From Eubacteriales bacterium (GTDB taxonomy: Bacteria; Bacillota; Clostridia; Oscillospirales; CAG-272): a DNA stretch of 48,034 nucleotides. Within the stretch, counting starts at the first letter, position 1. Each line of letters opens with the position of its first letter. The DNA is taken from NCBI GenBank assembly GCA_045123975.1, contig JBGVKV010000007.1, positions 1-48,034 of the forward strand, in the 5' to 3' direction. Made by a program: the position numbers and the translations under genes. The notes under the pieces were generated by a model. The model was not told the DNA's origin. It did not search any database and worked only from the letters and a program-made list of their open reading frames with translations. Of the stretch, positions 46,138-48,034 are shown one piece after another.

Positions 46138-47760
46138 ATGAAAAGAAAAAAAGGGATCGTCAGCAATTCGATCCATCAAATACAAAGAAAAATATTTACA
46201 ACACAGCTGATCCTTATCATACTGCTTGCCGTGGTGCTTGGTGTCACAGGTGTTTTAATAAACGTTCATTTTGAAACGCAAAAGCGCGACCGTAATCTGC
46301 AAAACATTTCTCAAACCATCGCCGCCTCGCCCTTACTCGACGATATTACAAACGGAGAGAATAGCGAATACCTTACCGAGTATTTCGATTCGCTTCAAAA
46401 ATCTCTTGGGGATATTGACGTCATTTCCATTGTAAGCGCCGAGAACGTGAGATTGTATCACTCCAACCACGCTCTGATCGGCACGGTATACGACGGCACG
46501 ATTCCGACCTTTGATAATACCGATTTTTATACCGAGGACAACAGCGGCCCGTCGGGAAAGCAACGACGCGCCTATGCCGCCATCTACGACGAGGACGGTA
46601 ACTACGTTGGCTTTGTTATTTCGGTTATGCTGCAAGAAAGCATCAAAAAAGAAACGCTCCCGACGGTATTGATATTTGCACTCATTACCGTGGTTGCCGT
46701 TTTGATGGAGGTCATAATTTCAGCGGAGCTTTCGGAAAACATCAAAAAGAAGCTCCACGGCTATGAGCCGGACGTATTCTCTGCGATGTATCAGGTCAGA
46801 GTTAATATTCTCGAATCACTTGCCGAGGGCGTCATCGCCATTGACAAGGAGCGTACCGTGCAATTCATCAACAGCTCTGCGGTTAAAATGCTTGGTTGCA
46901 AGGAGTCCTACGGAGAGCAAGGCGTTGTTGGAAAACCGCTGGAAGCCGTCTGTGATCCTACCGTGTTTGAGTCAACTCTCTTGGTTGGAGAAAAGGAGTT
47001 CGGTGCACACGATGCAAGACTGCAAAACACCAATCTCATCATAGACCGCATTCCCATTACCAAGAACGGAGAGATCATCGGCGCTGTCGGCATTCTTCAT
47101 AATCGTGAGGAATATATCAAGCTGATGGAGGATCTTGCGGGTACGCGGTATCTTGTGGACTCTATGAGAGCCAACAACCACGACTTTACCAACAAGCTCC
47201 ACGTCATACTCGGTCTTTTGCAAATGGAAATGTACGAGGAAGCCGCGTCCTATATTGAGAACATCACCATTGTGCAAAGAGAAACCATAAGCAAGATTAT
47301 GTCTGCAGTTAAAGAGCCTGCCGTTGCCGCCCTGCTGATCGGCAAAACGGCAAGAGCCTCCGAGCTGAACGTGAAATTCATTTTACAGGAGGGCTCGGTA
47401 TTCTCGAAAAGCGATTATCCGATACCGACAGAAACACTTGTCACCGTCATCGGCAATCTAATTGACAATGCCTTTGAGGCCATGAATGAAGCAAATACCG
47501 ACCTTGAAACGCCGAAAGAATTGCTTTTCGGAATTTACTCAAAGCCAAATGCGCTTTTAATCACCGCAAACGATACGGGCATTGGCATCAAGGATGAAAA
47601 CAAGAAGCAGGTATTTGAAAACGGATACTCTACCAAAGGAAAAGGCAGAGGCACGGGGCTTTATCAGGTCAAGCGCTTGGTGGAAAATCTTGGAGGAGAG
47701 ATTTTGCTTGACTCGCAGTACGGAACGGGAACCTCTGTTACCGTGACGTTTGATCAATAA
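46138..47760 (+). CDS. CitA/DcuS-family sensor histidine kinase
   Basis: Two TM helices with a sensor domain (RLYH...LIG), G.EP, PAS, RANNHDFTNKLHVILGL, GNLIDNA, D.G.GI, GYSTKG.GRGTGL. Confidence 0.93.
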   Translation: MKRKKGIVSNSIHQIQRKIFTTQLILIILLAVVLGVTGVLINVHFETQKRDRNLQNISQTIAASPLLDDITNGENSEYLTEYFDSLQKSLGDIDVISIVSAENVRLYHSNHALIGTVYDGTIPTFDNTDFYTEDNSGPSGKQRRAYAAIYDEDGNYVGFVISVMLQESIKKETLPTVLIFALITVVAVLMEVIISAELSENIKKKLHGYEPDVFSAMYQVRVNILESLAEGVIAIDKERTVQFINSSAVKMLGCKESYGEQGVVGKPLEAVCDPTVFESTLLVGEKEFGAHDARLQNTNLIIDRIPITKNGEIIGAVGILHNREEYIKLMEDLAGTRYLVDSMRANNHDFTNKLHVILGLLQMEMYEEAASYIENITIVQRETISKIMSAVKEPAVAALLIGKTARASELNVKFILQEGSVFSKSDYPIPTETLVTVIGNLIDNAFEAMNEANTDLETPKELLFGIYSKPNALLITANDTGIGIKDENKKQVFENGYSTKGKGRGTGLYQVKRLVENLGGEILLDSQYGTGTSVTVTFDQ

Positions 47761-47773
47761 AGGAGGTGTGGAT

Positions 47774-48034
47774 ATGCAATATAAGGTTTTGATCGTCGAG
47801 GATGATCCGATGGTATCTATGATTAACGAGCAATATGTGAATCGCAACAAAGCCTTTGTGGTCGTGGGAAAATGCAAGGACGGCAAGGGTGCACTTGACT
47901 TCCTTGAAAAAAATGAAGTTGACCTGATAGTTCTTGATGTGTTTATGCCATTGATGGATGGCTTTGAAACGTTGCGCCAAATACGAAAAAACAAGAAATC
48001 GGTTGATATTATTATGGTAACGGCAGCCAATGAC
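47774..48034 (+). CDS. CitB/DcuR-family response regulator (partial, runs off the window)
   Basis: SD AGGAGG. MQYKVLIVEDDPMV...DLIVLDVFMP..DG...IIMVTAAND. Confidence 0.92.
   Translation, partial: MQYKVLIVEDDPMVSMINEQYVNRNKAFVVVGKCKDGKGALDFLEKNEVDLIVLDVFMPLMDGFETLRQIRKNKKSVDIIMVTAAND

Overview
Genomic window from a probably anaerobic Clostridia-type Firmicute (inferred from gene content and sigma-A/SD signals). From left to right: (1) the edge of a TnpV/DUF6809 mobile-element remnant; (2) an rnfCDGEAB operon with a two-FMN-domain RnfG, followed by EetA/EetB-like genes, a tandem-domain flavin-type lipoprotein and apbE; (3) housekeeping and accessory genes (HAD hydrolase, heparinase II/III-like, DUF421, tRNA-Ser, nrdR), including an AT-rich methyltransferase tightly bracketed by 22-bp inverted repeats; (4) an EEP phosphatase plus a 5'-nucleotidase-C/CotH fusion lipoprotein; (5) a 15-kb Gram-positive-type pel operon whose PelD carries an N-terminal HD-GYP phosphodiesterase domain, extended by CotH, VTC, DUF4956, EAL and GGDEF genes; (6) a 5'-truncated transglutaminase-like gene abutting a cobalamin riboswitch; (7) the riboswitch-controlled operon, which encodes a secreted alpha/alpha-barrel + cohesin + dockerin protein (frameshifted just after its signal peptide), a membrane-anchored cohesin, a DUF4430 lipoprotein and an ECF transporter with an ATPase-ATPase-S fusion; (8) a small transporter and a degenerate SGNH gene divergent from a CitA/CitB-type two-component system. 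Block 7, a putative cohesin-dockerin B12-scavenging complex, is the best candidate for an undescribed system. All family calls come from motif recognition by eye, not from database searches.
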